Assembly (NCBI GenBank): GCA_046313635.1
Contig: JBKBYA010000011.1
Coordinates: 32,001-96,000 of the forward strand
Direction: 5' to 3'
Length of the DNA stretch: 64,000 nt
From: Pyrinomonadaceae bacterium
GTDB taxonomy: Bacteria; Acidobacteriota; Blastocatellia; Pyrinomonadales; Pyrinomonadaceae
Shown: one piece after another, positions 29,829 through 39,115 of the stretch
How the letters are laid out: each line of letters begins with the position of its first letter
Position numbering within the stretch: position 1 is the first letter of the stretch
Made by a program: the position numbers and the translations under genes
The notes under the pieces: model-generated
Told to the model about the DNA's origin: nothing
The model's database searches: none
What the model saw: the letters and a program-made list of their open reading frames with translations, nothing else

Positions 29829-31004
29829 GTGTTTCGGAGGATCTATCTCGATAACGCAGCCACGACGCCGCTCGACCCGCGCGTGCTCGAGGCGATGATG
29901 CCGTACCTCACAGAAGATTTCGGCAACGCGTCGAGCATTCATTATTTTGGTCAGCGGGCCCGCGCGGCCGTCGACAAGGCCCGTCACGAGGTCGCGGACC
30001 TGATCAATTCGCGACCGAACGAGATCGTCTTTACCTCGGGCGGCACCGAGTCAAACAACCTCGCCGTTCGAGGTCTGCTGCAGGCTAACGCCAAATACGG
30101 CCGCCACATTATCGCCACCGCAATAGAGCATCCCGCGGTGCGTAATGTGCTTGAAGATCTTGAAAAGGACGGTGCGCAGGTCACCTTTCTCCCAGCGGCG
30201 ACGACCGGCGTGGTCAGCGTAGACGACCTGAGAGCGGCCATTCGTCAAGACACGGTCCTGATCACGGTGATGACGGCCAATAACGAGATCGGCACCCTTC
30301 AACCGGTCGACGAGATCGGCAAGATCGTGAGAGACCTGCGGTCGGCCGGCAAAAAGATCTGGTTTCATACCGATGCCGTCCAAGCGGCGGGCAAGATACG
30401 CCTGGATGTCGAAGAGATCGGCTGCGACCTGCTTTCGATCTCGGCCCACAAGATCTACGGGCCGAAAGGCGTCGGAGCGCTCTATGTCCGCCGGGGCACG
30501 AGGCTACATTCGCAGAATATCGGCGGCCGGCAGGAGCGCGGCATTCGGGGCGGGACCGAAGCGGTCGCTCCGATAGTCGGATTCGGAGCGGCCGCAAGGC
30601 TTGCGTCCGATGAGATCGATACGGAACCGCGACGGATCGCAGCACTACGCGACAGACTCGAGCGATCGATCCTTGAGTCGATCAGCGGGACTGCTGTCAA
30701 CGGCGACGTGACGCGCCGCCTGCCGAACATTACCAACATCTCGTTTGCGGGAGTCGAGGGCGAGGGACTGCTGATCAACCTGGATATTCGCGGGATCGCC
30801 GTTTCAACGGGATCGGCGTGCAGCTCGGGCTCTCTCGAGCCGTCACCGGTGATCAGGGCGCTCGGAGCGTCGGACCAGACGGCCCGGACGGCCATTCGAT
30901 TCAGCCTAGGTCGGCAAAACGTCGACGACGTCGAGATGATCCTTCAGCAGCTTTCGGAAGCGGTTGGCGACCTGCGGCGAATTTCGGCAGCGTCCTCGAA
31001 ATGA
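29829..31004 (+). CDS. iscS: Cysteine desulfurase (IscS/NifS family)
   Basis: YLDNAATT, SGGTESNN, SAHKIYGPKG, STGSACSS. Confidence 0.92.
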   Translation: MFRRIYLDNAATTPLDPRVLEAMMPYLTEDFGNASSIHYFGQRARAAVDKARHEVADLINSRPNEIVFTSGGTESNNLAVRGLLQANAKYGRHIIATAIEHPAVRNVLEDLEKDGAQVTFLPAATTGVVSVDDLRAAIRQDTVLITVMTANNEIGTLQPVDEIGKIVRDLRSAGKKIWFHTDAVQAAGKIRLDVEEIGCDLLSISAHKIYGPKGVGALYVRRGTRLHSQNIGGRQERGIRGGTEAVAPIVGFGAAARLASDEIDTEPRRIAALRDRLERSILESISGTAVNGDVTRRLPNITNISFAGVEGEGLLINLDIRGIAVSTGSACSSGSLEPSPVIRALGASDQTARTAIRFSLGRQNVDDVEMILQQLSEAVGDLRRISAASSK

Positions 31005-31071
31005 AAAAGCCCCGCCGAAAACTCGGCAGGGCTGCAGTGTGGAAACACCCTCCTCGGCGGCTTAGCCGCAA

Positions 31072-31371
31072 TTAATCGCTGATCAAGATCCCGTTATCGA
31101 CCTTGGTGCAGTCCGTGTCCGAATCGGCAGCACCGGCGACGATGATACCCGTGAAGCCGGCGACGATGATGCCCGTGAAGCCGGCGACGATGATGCCGGT
31201 GGCACCGGCGACGATGATACCGTTATCGACCTTTTCGTTTACGGTGCAAGCGTTCCCGCTGGCATCGTCCGTTAGCCCGGCAACGATGATGCCGTCACCG
31301 GCGAAAGTAGAACCGACAAGAAGGATCGACGAGAGGACTGTGGCGGCCAGAAAGTTACGAACGTTTTTCAT
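31072..31371 (-). CDS. Secreted 99-aa peptide with five GIIVAG repeats
   Basis: RBS AGGAG upstream, signal peptide MKNVRNFLAATVLSSILLVGSTFA, repeats conserved at protein level with varied third codon positions. Confidence 0.85.
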   Translation of the reverse strand: MKNVRNFLAATVLSSILLVGSTFAGDGIIVAGLTDDASGNACTVNEKVDNGIIVAGATGIIVAGFTGIIVAGFTGIIVAGAADSDTDCTKVDNGILISD

Positions 31372-31430
31372 TTTTTCTCTTCTCCTGCAAAGTTTTGGAA
31401 GCGTTTGCTCCGTGTTCGCAGTACCCTTTC

Positions 31431-31485
31431 TCAACGGACGTGCCACGCAAGGCCGACGGGGCTGGCGAGTTTGTAACTCGTTGAT
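31431..31485 (-). promoter_or_regulatory. Putative sigma54 promoter with upstream IHF-like site
   Basis: TGGCAC-GTCCG-TTGA (31431-31445) and ATCAACGAGTTAC (31473-31485) on minus strand. Confidence 0.6.
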
Positions 31486-31764
31486 CTAGCAGTACATATC
31501 TCGACGACGAAGTGACGAGCTCGTTCTGTTAGGCAATCTTGATTGTGGATACCCAATTAACACCGCCATCGCACAGTTCTCTTAAACCTCCGGTTTTCAA
31601 TAAGTTGCTCGCCTGATTACTTGATAGCCACTTCAGGGCTGTAACTTTTGTATCCATCCGAGCTCTGTTTTTTAGCTGGAAATGAAATTATTGGCCGTGT
31701 TAAACTTGTTTTGACCTACCCTCCGCGCTTTCATTAGGTCCCTCCGCTGATCGTTCCTCTCCAT

Positions 31765-34008
31765 ATGTTGCAAAGGCGATTTGCCGAACCTTCAAAGTAT
31801 GCGCTGATCGCGATCGGTGTCGCGACGTTGTCGTTCGCAGCCTATAAGTTTGAGAGAACAGACCTCACCCTCGGCCTCCTGGCCCTAGCCCTATTCTCCG
31901 TTGCGGTCGTCCCGCACTTGAGTCTCACGCTGCCGCGTTCGCGCTTTGCCATCAGTTTTTCGGATGCCGTTATTCTCGTTGCTTTTCTCATCTACGGCTG
32001 GCCGGCGGCGGTGACCCTCGCGGCCCTCGAGATGGGGGCAAACTGTTTATATCTGCGCGCGGCCGGCTTCCCGTTCGGCCGGCTGATGATACCGACCAAC
32101 ATCTCGATGAGCGCCGTTTCGACCGCGGCGGCATGCCTCGTCGGAATTTATTCCCCGCACCTTGTCGGCGAGCTTGAGCTGGCTCGCACCCAAGATCTGA
32201 TCACTCTGCTGGGGCTGATGGCGATCACTCAGTTCGCGGTCTCGTCGACGCTCGCGGCGATGATACAGGCCATGAAGGACGGCACGCCGCTCTTTGCTAC
32301 GTGGAGGCGTGATTGTTTTTCGAGCTCGATGTCGCAGATCGTCGGCTCGTCTTTGGCCGGTTTGTACTACAAGCTGCTCGGGTTTGGCGACCTCAAGACG
32401 GCGCTCATCACAATGATCGGCGTGGCCGTCGCGTACCTCACTTACCGATTCTCGATCAACGAGATCAACAACGCGATCGCACAGGTCGAGGTGGCTGAGC
32501 GCGAAAAGTCGGAGATCGAGCGCGAGCGAAGGCACGAGGCCGAAAAGCACGCCAAGCAGCTCACCGCGGCGCTTGAGCAGCAGGAGGCGGCCAATGCGGC
32601 CCTGCGAAAGAGCCGCCAGGATTTCAAGCACGCGGCGCTGCACGATTCGCTTACAGGGCTCGCCAACCGGGTCCAGCTCGGCGACATTCTTTCGTCTCTG
32701 ATCCGGGCGTATCGCGACGATCCGTCGCAGAATTTCCACGTGCTCTTTATCGACATTCGCCGCTTCAAGAACATCAACGACTCGCTCGGCCACCCGATCG
32801 GCGACAAGGTGCTGATGATCGCGGCCAAGCGTTTTTTGCGGATCGTCTCATCCAAAGATACGGTCGCTCGGCTCGGCGGCGATGAGTTTGCCATCATCCT
32901 CCGCGACCTGTCGACCGTCGGCAAGGCGCAAAAGGTCGCCCGACGCATCGCCAACAGCATCTCTCAGCCCTTCTCGCTCTCGGGCAACCGCATCTCGGTC
33001 GGCGTAAACATCGGCATCGCACCCTGCGATACGGAATACGAGACTCCCGAAGACATACTGCGCGACGCCGACATCGCGATGCATTTCGCAAAAGAAAAGA
33101 ATATCGGAGCGGCCGTCTTCAGCCGCGACCTGCGCGAGCGGTTTCTCGAGCGCGCGCAGATCGAGCTCGATCTGCGGCACGCCCTTGATCGCAATGAGCT
33201 GCAGATGCACTATCAGCCGATCGTCGCGCTCCGAGACGGAGGCGTCATCGGCTTTGAAGCGCTGCTTCGGTGGCGGCGCGACAACGGCATGTATGTACCG
33301 CCGGCCAAGTTCATCCCGATCGCCGAAGAGTCGGGCCTGATCCTGCCGATCACCAACTGGATACTGCTCGAGACGTGTCGACAGCTTGCGGCATGGCGAC
33401 GCATCTCTCACTCGCTCGAGGACCTGATCGTCAGCGTCAACATCTCGAGCAAGCATCTCGCGGCTGACGATCTGGTTGACGATGTCGAGCTCGCGCTCGA
33501 AGCCTCGGGCCTGCCGCCCGAGGCCCTCAAGCTCGAGATCACAGAGAGCACGGCGATGGAGAATGCCGAGCACACGATCAACGTCCTCAACCGGTTAAAA
33601 CATCTCGGGGTCAAGCTGAGCATTGACGACTTCGGCACGGGCTATTCGTCGCTTAGCTACCTGCACCGGCTGCCCTTCGACACGCTGAAGATCGATCGCT
33701 CGTTCGTCAGCCGCGTCGGGCATGCGGGCGAAGATTCCGAGGTCCTGCAGACGATCGTCTCGCTGGCCAAGAATCTCAAAATGAAGGTCATCGCCGAGGG
33801 CATCGAGACCGAAAGTCAGCTCCACGTGCTCCGCAATCTCGGCTGCGACTACGGTCAGGGCTATCTGATATCCCGGCCGCTCACCCGCGAGAGCGCCGAA
33901 AAGCTCATCTACGAGGGCTGCTCCTTCGATGTCGGGGCAAAGGACGCGCTGACCCAGCGCACCGACAATAACGACATCGACGCAGAGGCCTCGCTGCCCG
34001 TCTTCTGA
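31765..34008 (+). CDS. Membrane-anchored diguanylate cyclase/phosphodiesterase (GGDEF-EAL)
   Basis: ~230-aa multi-helix hydrophobic N-terminus, coiled coil, HDSLTGLANR, RLGGDEF, FEALLRW, DDFGTGYSS. Confidence 0.95.
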   Translation: MLQRRFAEPSKYALIAIGVATLSFAAYKFERTDLTLGLLALALFSVAVVPHLSLTLPRSRFAISFSDAVILVAFLIYGWPAAVTLAALEMGANCLYLRAAGFPFGRLMIPTNISMSAVSTAAACLVGIYSPHLVGELELARTQDLITLLGLMAITQFAVSSTLAAMIQAMKDGTPLFATWRRDCFSSSMSQIVGSSLAGLYYKLLGFGDLKTALITMIGVAVAYLTYRFSINEINNAIAQVEVAEREKSEIERERRHEAEKHAKQLTAALEQQEAANAALRKSRQDFKHAALHDSLTGLANRVQLGDILSSLIRAYRDDPSQNFHVLFIDIRRFKNINDSLGHPIGDKVLMIAAKRFLRIVSSKDTVARLGGDEFAIILRDLSTVGKAQKVARRIANSISQPFSLSGNRISVGVNIGIAPCDTEYETPEDILRDADIAMHFAKEKNIGAAVFSRDLRERFLERAQIELDLRHALDRNELQMHYQPIVALRDGGVIGFEALLRWRRDNGMYVPPAKFIPIAEESGLILPITNWILLETCRQLAAWRRISHSLEDLIVSVNISSKHLAADDLVDDVELALEASGLPPEALKLEITESTAMENAEHTINVLNRLKHLGVKLSIDDFGTGYSSLSYLHRLPFDTLKIDRSFVSRVGHAGEDSEVLQTIVSLAKNLKMKVIAEGIETESQLHVLRNLGCDYGQGYLISRPLTRESAEKLIYEGCSFDVGAKDALTQRTDNNDIDAEASLPVF

Positions 34009-34098
34009 TCCCGGATCGCGTCCCGACAGCTAAACACTTTTACCTTCGCGGCGTATAATCCTCGTCTGATCCTAATTCCGAGGTACAACGAGAATACG

Positions 34099-36216
34099 AT
34101 GCTGAAGAAGACGTTTATCGCTTTCGGGGCGTGCGCGGTGCTTGCGACCTCGCTTGCCGCCCAATCAACCTTTAATTATCCAAAGCCGCGTCGGTCCGAT
34201 CAGGTCGACGATTATCACGGCGTCAAGGTCGCCGATCCATACCGCTGGATGGAAGACACCAACTCGGCCGAGACGCGGTCGTGGATCGACGAGCAGGTCA
34301 AACTCACCGGCTCGTATCTCTCGACGATCCCCGAACGCGAAAAGATCAAGGCCCGCCTGACCGAGATCTGGAACTACGAGCGCTACTCCGCTCCGTCCAA
34401 GGTCGGCAGCTACTACGTCTATTCAAAGAATGACGGTTTGCAGAATCAGAGCGTCCTGTACATCACCAGGTCGCTCGACGACCCGGGCCGCGTGCTGATC
34501 GACCCGAACAAGCTCTCGGCCGACGGCACCGTCGCGCTGAGCGGTTCGTCATTCACCGACGACGGCAAGCTGTGGGCGTACGGCATCGCAAAGTCGGGCT
34601 CGGACCGCACCGAGTGGCGAATAATGAACGTCGAGACCGGCGAGCATCTGCCCGACACGCTCAAGCCGAATCGCCAAGGCGGCGTATCGTGGCTTAACGA
34701 CAATTCCGGATTCTTCTACAACCGCTTTCCCGAGCCCGAGGCGGGGGCCGAGCTCAAGAGCGCGAACCGATTTCCCAAGCTCTACTTTCACAAGCTCGGC
34801 ACGCCGCAGTCCGAGGACGTCCTTATCTACGAGCGGCCTGACGACGGCGAGATGTTTGTCGGCGGCTTTGTTACCGAGGACGGCAACTGGCTTGTCATCA
34901 ATGTCACAAAAGGCACCGAGCGGATGAACATGGTCTACGCCAAGGCTCTCGGCGTCAAAGACTCGCCGATCATGCCGATCGTCGACAACCGCACAAACAG
35001 CTGGTCGTTTGTCGGCAACGACGGCCCGACCTTTTACTTTCGCACGGACAAGGACGCCGAACGCGGCCGCATCGTGAGCGTGGACATTCTCGCCAAAGAG
35101 CGCGTCTGGCGCGAGATCGTCCCGCAGGCCGCCGAGACGATCAGCTCGGTATCGATGCTCAACGACCAGTTCGTCGTCGGCTATATGAAGGACGCGTATT
35201 CAAAGGTCCGCATCTTTGACAAGTCGGGCAAGCACGTTCGCGATGTCGAGCTGCCGGGCATCGGCTCGGCGGGCGGCTTCGGCGGCAAGCAGAGCGATAC
35301 CGAGACCTTTTACACGTACTCGAGCTACAACGCGCCGCCGACGATCTATCGCTACGATATGAAGACCGGCAAGTCGACGCTCTTTCGCCAGGCGAAGGTG
35401 AAGTTCAACCCGAACGACTTCGAGGTCAAACAGGTCTTCTACACGAGCAAGGACGGCACGAAGGTGCCGATGTTCATCACGCACAAAAAGGGCATCAAGC
35501 TCGACGGCAGCAACCCGACGATCCTCTACGGCTACGGCGGCTTTAACATCCCGCAGACGCCCGGCTTTTCGGTCTCGCGGATCGTCTGGATGGAGATGGG
35601 CGGCGTCTATGCGGTCGCCAACTTGCGCGGCGGCAGCGAGTACGGCAAGACCTGGTGGGAGCAGGGCTCGCGGCTCAAGAAGCAGAATGTCTTTGACGAC
35701 TTTATCGCCGCGGGCGAGTGGCTCATCGCGAACAAATACACGTCGAACAAAAAGCTCGCCATTCAGGGCGGCTCGAACGGCGGCCTGCTCGTCGGCGCCG
35801 TGCTGAATCAGCGGCCGGACCTGTTTGGCGCGGCACTGCCGGCGGTGGGCGTGATGGATATGGTGCGGTTCACAGAGTTCACGGTCGGCGCCGCGTGGAA
35901 GTCGGACTACGGCGACCCTAAAAACCCGACCGACTTCAAGGCGCTCTATGCGTACTCGCCGCTGCACAACATCAAGCCGGGCACAAAGTACCCTGCGACG
36001 CTCGTGACGACGGCCGATACGGACGACCGCGTCTTCCCGGCGCACAGCTTCAAGTACGCCGCGACGCTGCAGGCCGCGCAGGCCGGCGACGCGCCCGTGC
36101 TCATCCGCATCGAGACAAAGGCCGGCCACGGCGCCGGCAAGCCGACCTCGAAGCAGATCGAGGAGATCGCGGACATCTACGGGTTTCTGGTCAGGAATCT
36201 GGGGATGAAGTACTAG
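34099..36216 (+). CDS. Prolyl oligopeptidase (S9A), secreted
   Basis: DPYRWME, YGYGGF, GGSNGGLL, DDRV, KAGHGAG; signal peptide. Confidence 0.96.
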   Translation: MLKKTFIAFGACAVLATSLAAQSTFNYPKPRRSDQVDDYHGVKVADPYRWMEDTNSAETRSWIDEQVKLTGSYLSTIPEREKIKARLTEIWNYERYSAPSKVGSYYVYSKNDGLQNQSVLYITRSLDDPGRVLIDPNKLSADGTVALSGSSFTDDGKLWAYGIAKSGSDRTEWRIMNVETGEHLPDTLKPNRQGGVSWLNDNSGFFYNRFPEPEAGAELKSANRFPKLYFHKLGTPQSEDVLIYERPDDGEMFVGGFVTEDGNWLVINVTKGTERMNMVYAKALGVKDSPIMPIVDNRTNSWSFVGNDGPTFYFRTDKDAERGRIVSVDILAKERVWREIVPQAAETISSVSMLNDQFVVGYMKDAYSKVRIFDKSGKHVRDVELPGIGSAGGFGGKQSDTETFYTYSSYNAPPTIYRYDMKTGKSTLFRQAKVKFNPNDFEVKQVFYTSKDGTKVPMFITHKKGIKLDGSNPTILYGYGGFNIPQTPGFSVSRIVWMEMGGVYAVANLRGGSEYGKTWWEQGSRLKKQNVFDDFIAAGEWLIANKYTSNKKLAIQGGSNGGLLVGAVLNQRPDLFGAALPAVGVMDMVRFTEFTVGAAWKSDYGDPKNPTDFKALYAYSPLHNIKPGTKYPATLVTTADTDDRVFPAHSFKYAATLQAAQAGDAPVLIRIETKAGHGAGKPTSKQIEEIADIYGFLVRNLGMKY

Positions 36217-36420
36217 CTCCCGCTCCGCATCTGCCGAGCGCGAGTTTGGCGGGCCCTGCCGATCCGCCGGGCCCGTTTTCATTCGGCCCGAGAGCTCCGG
36301 CCGGCGGCTTGAATAACGGACCGCTGGTCGGTTATCCTTTGCGGGCTCGACGCCGAAATTCATTCCGCGTTGCTCACGCCGGCCGGGCCGCCTCGCACAC
36401 TCGGCCATTCACACAAAAAT

Positions 36421-36990
36421 ATGGATCACAAACTTACTTGCGTCGCTGTCTCTCTGCTTGCTCTTTTTGTTCTTGTCTGCGCCGGCCCGGCTGCGGCGCA
36501 GGCGCCTCAGCCCGAGGCGCCCATGATCCGCGTGGCGTTCGTCGACAGTCAAAAACTCTCGGACGCCAAGCTCGGCCCGAAGCGAATTGTCGCCGCATGG
36601 AAGGCGCTCGACGCCGAGTTTGCCCCTCGCCGGACGCAGCTCAACGAGCTGCAGTCTCGATTTGACGCTTTGATGAAGACCTTTGAATCGACCAAAGCCA
36701 CGGCGACACAGGCCCAGCGCGACAAGATGGTCGAGCAGCTCGAGTCGATGCAGCGCGACCTCAAGTTCAAGCAGGAGGCCGCGCAGACCGAATACCAGCG
36801 CCGCTATCAGACCGTGATGGGGCCGATCAACCGCGACATCGGTCTAAAGCTGGAGGCATTTGCAAAGGCGCGCAAGATCGACGTCGTGCTCGATCTCGCC
36901 AAGCTTCTCGAGGCCGGGGCGATACTGACGCTCGAGCCAAAGGGCGACATCACCGACGCCTTTATCGCATACGTCGACGCGCAGCCGTAG
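36421..36990 (+). CDS. OmpH/Skp family periplasmic chaperone
   Basis: Signal peptide, RVAFVDSQK, long coiled coil, DITDAFI. Confidence 0.85.
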   Translation: MDHKLTCVAVSLLALFVLVCAGPAAAQAPQPEAPMIRVAFVDSQKLSDAKLGPKRIVAAWKALDAEFAPRRTQLNELQSRFDALMKTFESTKATATQAQRDKMVEQLESMQRDLKFKQEAAQTEYQRRYQTVMGPINRDIGLKLEAFAKARKIDVVLDLAKLLEAGAILTLEPKGDITDAFIAYVDAQP

Positions 36991-37023
36991 CCGAACGGCG
37001 GCGTCCCGGGAGAAATAAACGAA

Positions 37024-37977
37024 ATGAAAAGTTCACTCATCAGGCGGATCGTCCTGTGCGTCTCGGTGCTCGCGTCGGTCTCGGCCGCGTCGGCGCAGTC
37101 CCTGCCAAAGGGCTGGGCGCACTACGAGGATGCGATGTCCGGCCTCAGCTCGAAGGCCTTTGAAAAGGCCCTCGTCTCGATCGATAAAGCGATCGCAGAG
37201 AACCGCGGCGTGCCCGGATTTTACGTCGTCCGTGCCCGCATCAATATCGCACTCAGACGGACCGAGGCGGCGATCGAAGACCTCGCGACGGCCATCGACA
37301 AGGGCGGCGACGAGAATGCATACGTTCTCACCGCGTCGATCGGCGTCGAGCTGAACAAGGTCGAGACGGCGATCGAAGCGATGGACGACGCGGTCAAGAT
37401 CGCCGTCGAGTCAGGCGACGACGAACTCGCGGCCAAATTCCACGTTTACCGTGCAGGTCTCAACAAGCTCGTCGGCCGTGAGAATGCTCGCTGGGCCGAT
37501 ATCGAAAAGGCAAATAAGCTCGGGCCGCCCGCGGCCGCCGATCTCAACGCCGAGGCGTGGCAACATTTTGGCGAGCGGGCCTACGGGATGGCCGTCGTCT
37601 CGAGCCTTGCGGCGAGCCAGCTCGAGCCGCGGGCGGCCGCTCACTTCGTCATTCGCGGGATGGCCTATGCGCGGCTCGGCCATCAGGTGCTCGCGCTCGC
37701 GCACTTTGACGACGCGATCAGGCTCGAGCCCGCCAACGGCCGTGCGCATATCAACCGCGGCAATCTGCTCTACCATCTGAAGCGCTACGCCGAGTCGATC
37801 GAGAGCATCAACCGCGGTCTGCCTCTCGTCGCCAAAGACAACGCCTCGTGGACGCGTCTCGCCTACCAGACCCGCGCCCTCGCCCACTGCGCCGCCGGCC
37901 GCCAGGCCGACGCGCTCAAGGACGAGGCCGAATTCATCAAACTCGGCGGCCAGCTCACCAAACGATGCGGCCAATGA
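37024..37977 (+). CDS. Secreted tetratricopeptide repeat protein
   Basis: Signal peptide; multiple TPR patterns (RGMAYARLG...FDDAIRLEP, AHINRGNLLY). Confidence 0.85.
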   Translation: MKSSLIRRIVLCVSVLASVSAASAQSLPKGWAHYEDAMSGLSSKAFEKALVSIDKAIAENRGVPGFYVVRARINIALRRTEAAIEDLATAIDKGGDENAYVLTASIGVELNKVETAIEAMDDAVKIAVESGDDELAAKFHVYRAGLNKLVGRENARWADIEKANKLGPPAAADLNAEAWQHFGERAYGMAVVSSLAASQLEPRAAAHFVIRGMAYARLGHQVLALAHFDDAIRLEPANGRAHINRGNLLYHLKRYAESIESINRGLPLVAKDNASWTRLAYQTRALAHCAAGRQADALKDEAEFIKLGGQLTKRCGQ

Positions 37978-37992
37978 CCCCGCCGCACCACA

Positions 37993-38130
37993 GCTTGAAC
38001 ATCCCCCGACGCTACATTATCCTGCCGATGTAAAAACCACACGCCCCAAGGCGCAAGCCCCATACTTGCGATTGCAGTTCAATCGGTTTTCCAAAAGAGG
38101 CTTCGCTCAGAAAAGGGCGAGGCTTTTTCT
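37993..38130 (+). repeat. Promoter-structured leader-terminator module, copy 1
   Basis: Highly similar to 38970-39100; TTGAAC-17-TATCCT, two hairpins, terminator-like stem. Confidence 0.85.
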
Positions 38131-38157
38131 CATTTCTGATTCCACGGACATAAAACA

Positions 38158-38967
38158 ATGCTTGAGAAGAAAAAAAGTAGAGTGCCGGACGCGCTCGAGA
38201 TCGTCGTTCGTGCGTGCGAACTCGGTGAGTACGACACGAATGTTATCGGAATGGCCGCAGAGATCATCGCTGAGGATGATTTCGGAATGGCTAAGGTCGC
38301 CCGCGGAACGCGTGATGTAGACGGGACGTGGATGAAAGATGGTTTGAACCGAACCGTCCAGGTCAAGGCTTGGTCAGAGCGGAGAATACAGCGCTACAAG
38401 CGAGGCACATTTCTGACACTGAAAGAAGCCACGCTCCCCGATGATCTACTGCTTCTCCTCATCTACAGCTCAAAGCCCGGATACGAAATCCTTTATAAAG
38501 GTCCGGCCAACGGAGTCGGCGTCGTCGATCCGCGGGGGATCAGAGTGGTCAAATTCAGTGCGATAAAAACGCACGAAGAGATCGTTCACATCCTGAGTCA
38601 ATTCGAAACCAGTACTGAATCACAAGCGAGTTTGCCGAGACCTGAGAGGCCGCGACACAGCGGCACAGATCCGATCATTGAGGCGGCTGTTAGACGGCAT
38701 CCGACTCTGGCCTTTCATGTCAATTCGGGAAACGAACATTGCGTCGAGATCGTCGGACGCGAGCGGAGAGGAAGCCTTTGGATTCGTCCTCGTTTCAAAG
38801 GCTACCGAGTCCAGACCACAGGCCAAGCTCAACGATTAGATGGACTGATCGAAAGCTTATGCGGCAAGCCGGTTGGTTCGGCAACATCAAACGTATATCA
38901 ATATTGGTATACCGATGACGCAACCAACGTCGAAAAGATAATCCAACATTTTGCGTCGCTTCCGTAG
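38158..38967 (+). CDS. Hypothetical protein with possible N-terminal PD-(D/E)xK nuclease-like domain (DUF6998-like)
   Basis: G-x-x-A-E...D-V-D-G...V-Q-V-K-A arrangement; lower GC than flanks. Confidence 0.55.
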   Translation: MLEKKKSRVPDALEIVVRACELGEYDTNVIGMAAEIIAEDDFGMAKVARGTRDVDGTWMKDGLNRTVQVKAWSERRIQRYKRGTFLTLKEATLPDDLLLLLIYSSKPGYEILYKGPANGVGVVDPRGIRVVKFSAIKTHEEIVHILSQFETSTESQASLPRPERPRHSGTDPIIEAAVRRHPTLAFHVNSGNEHCVEIVGRERRGSLWIRPRFKGYRVQTTGQAQRLDGLIESLCGKPVGSATSNVYQYWYTDDATNVEKIIQHFASLP

Positions 38968-38969
38968 AC

Positions 38970-39100
38970 GCTTGAACATTCGCGATCGGTACACTATCCT
39001 GCCGTTGTAAAAACGCCCACGGCGCAAGCCCCATACTTGCGATTGCAGTTTAATCGGATTCTAAAAAGAGGCTTCGCTCAGAAATGGGCGAGGCCTCTTT
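38970..39100 (+). repeat. Promoter-structured leader-terminator module, copy 2
   Basis: Second copy, directly upstream of the RBS of 39116. Confidence 0.85.
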
Positions 39101-39115
39101 ACCGTTAGGAGCAAT

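Noticed and set aside
27446..31371. Radical SAM enzyme as maturase of the GIIVAG peptide
   Set aside because: Separated by two oppositely oriented genes, no obvious peptide-recognition domain, and the peptide has a Sec signal rather than a RiPP leader.
37993..39100. Repeats as integron attC sites or IS ends
   Set aside because: Direct orientation, upstream of genes, containing promoter boxes; no RYYYAAC...GTTRRRY frame recognised and no integrase or transposase in the window.
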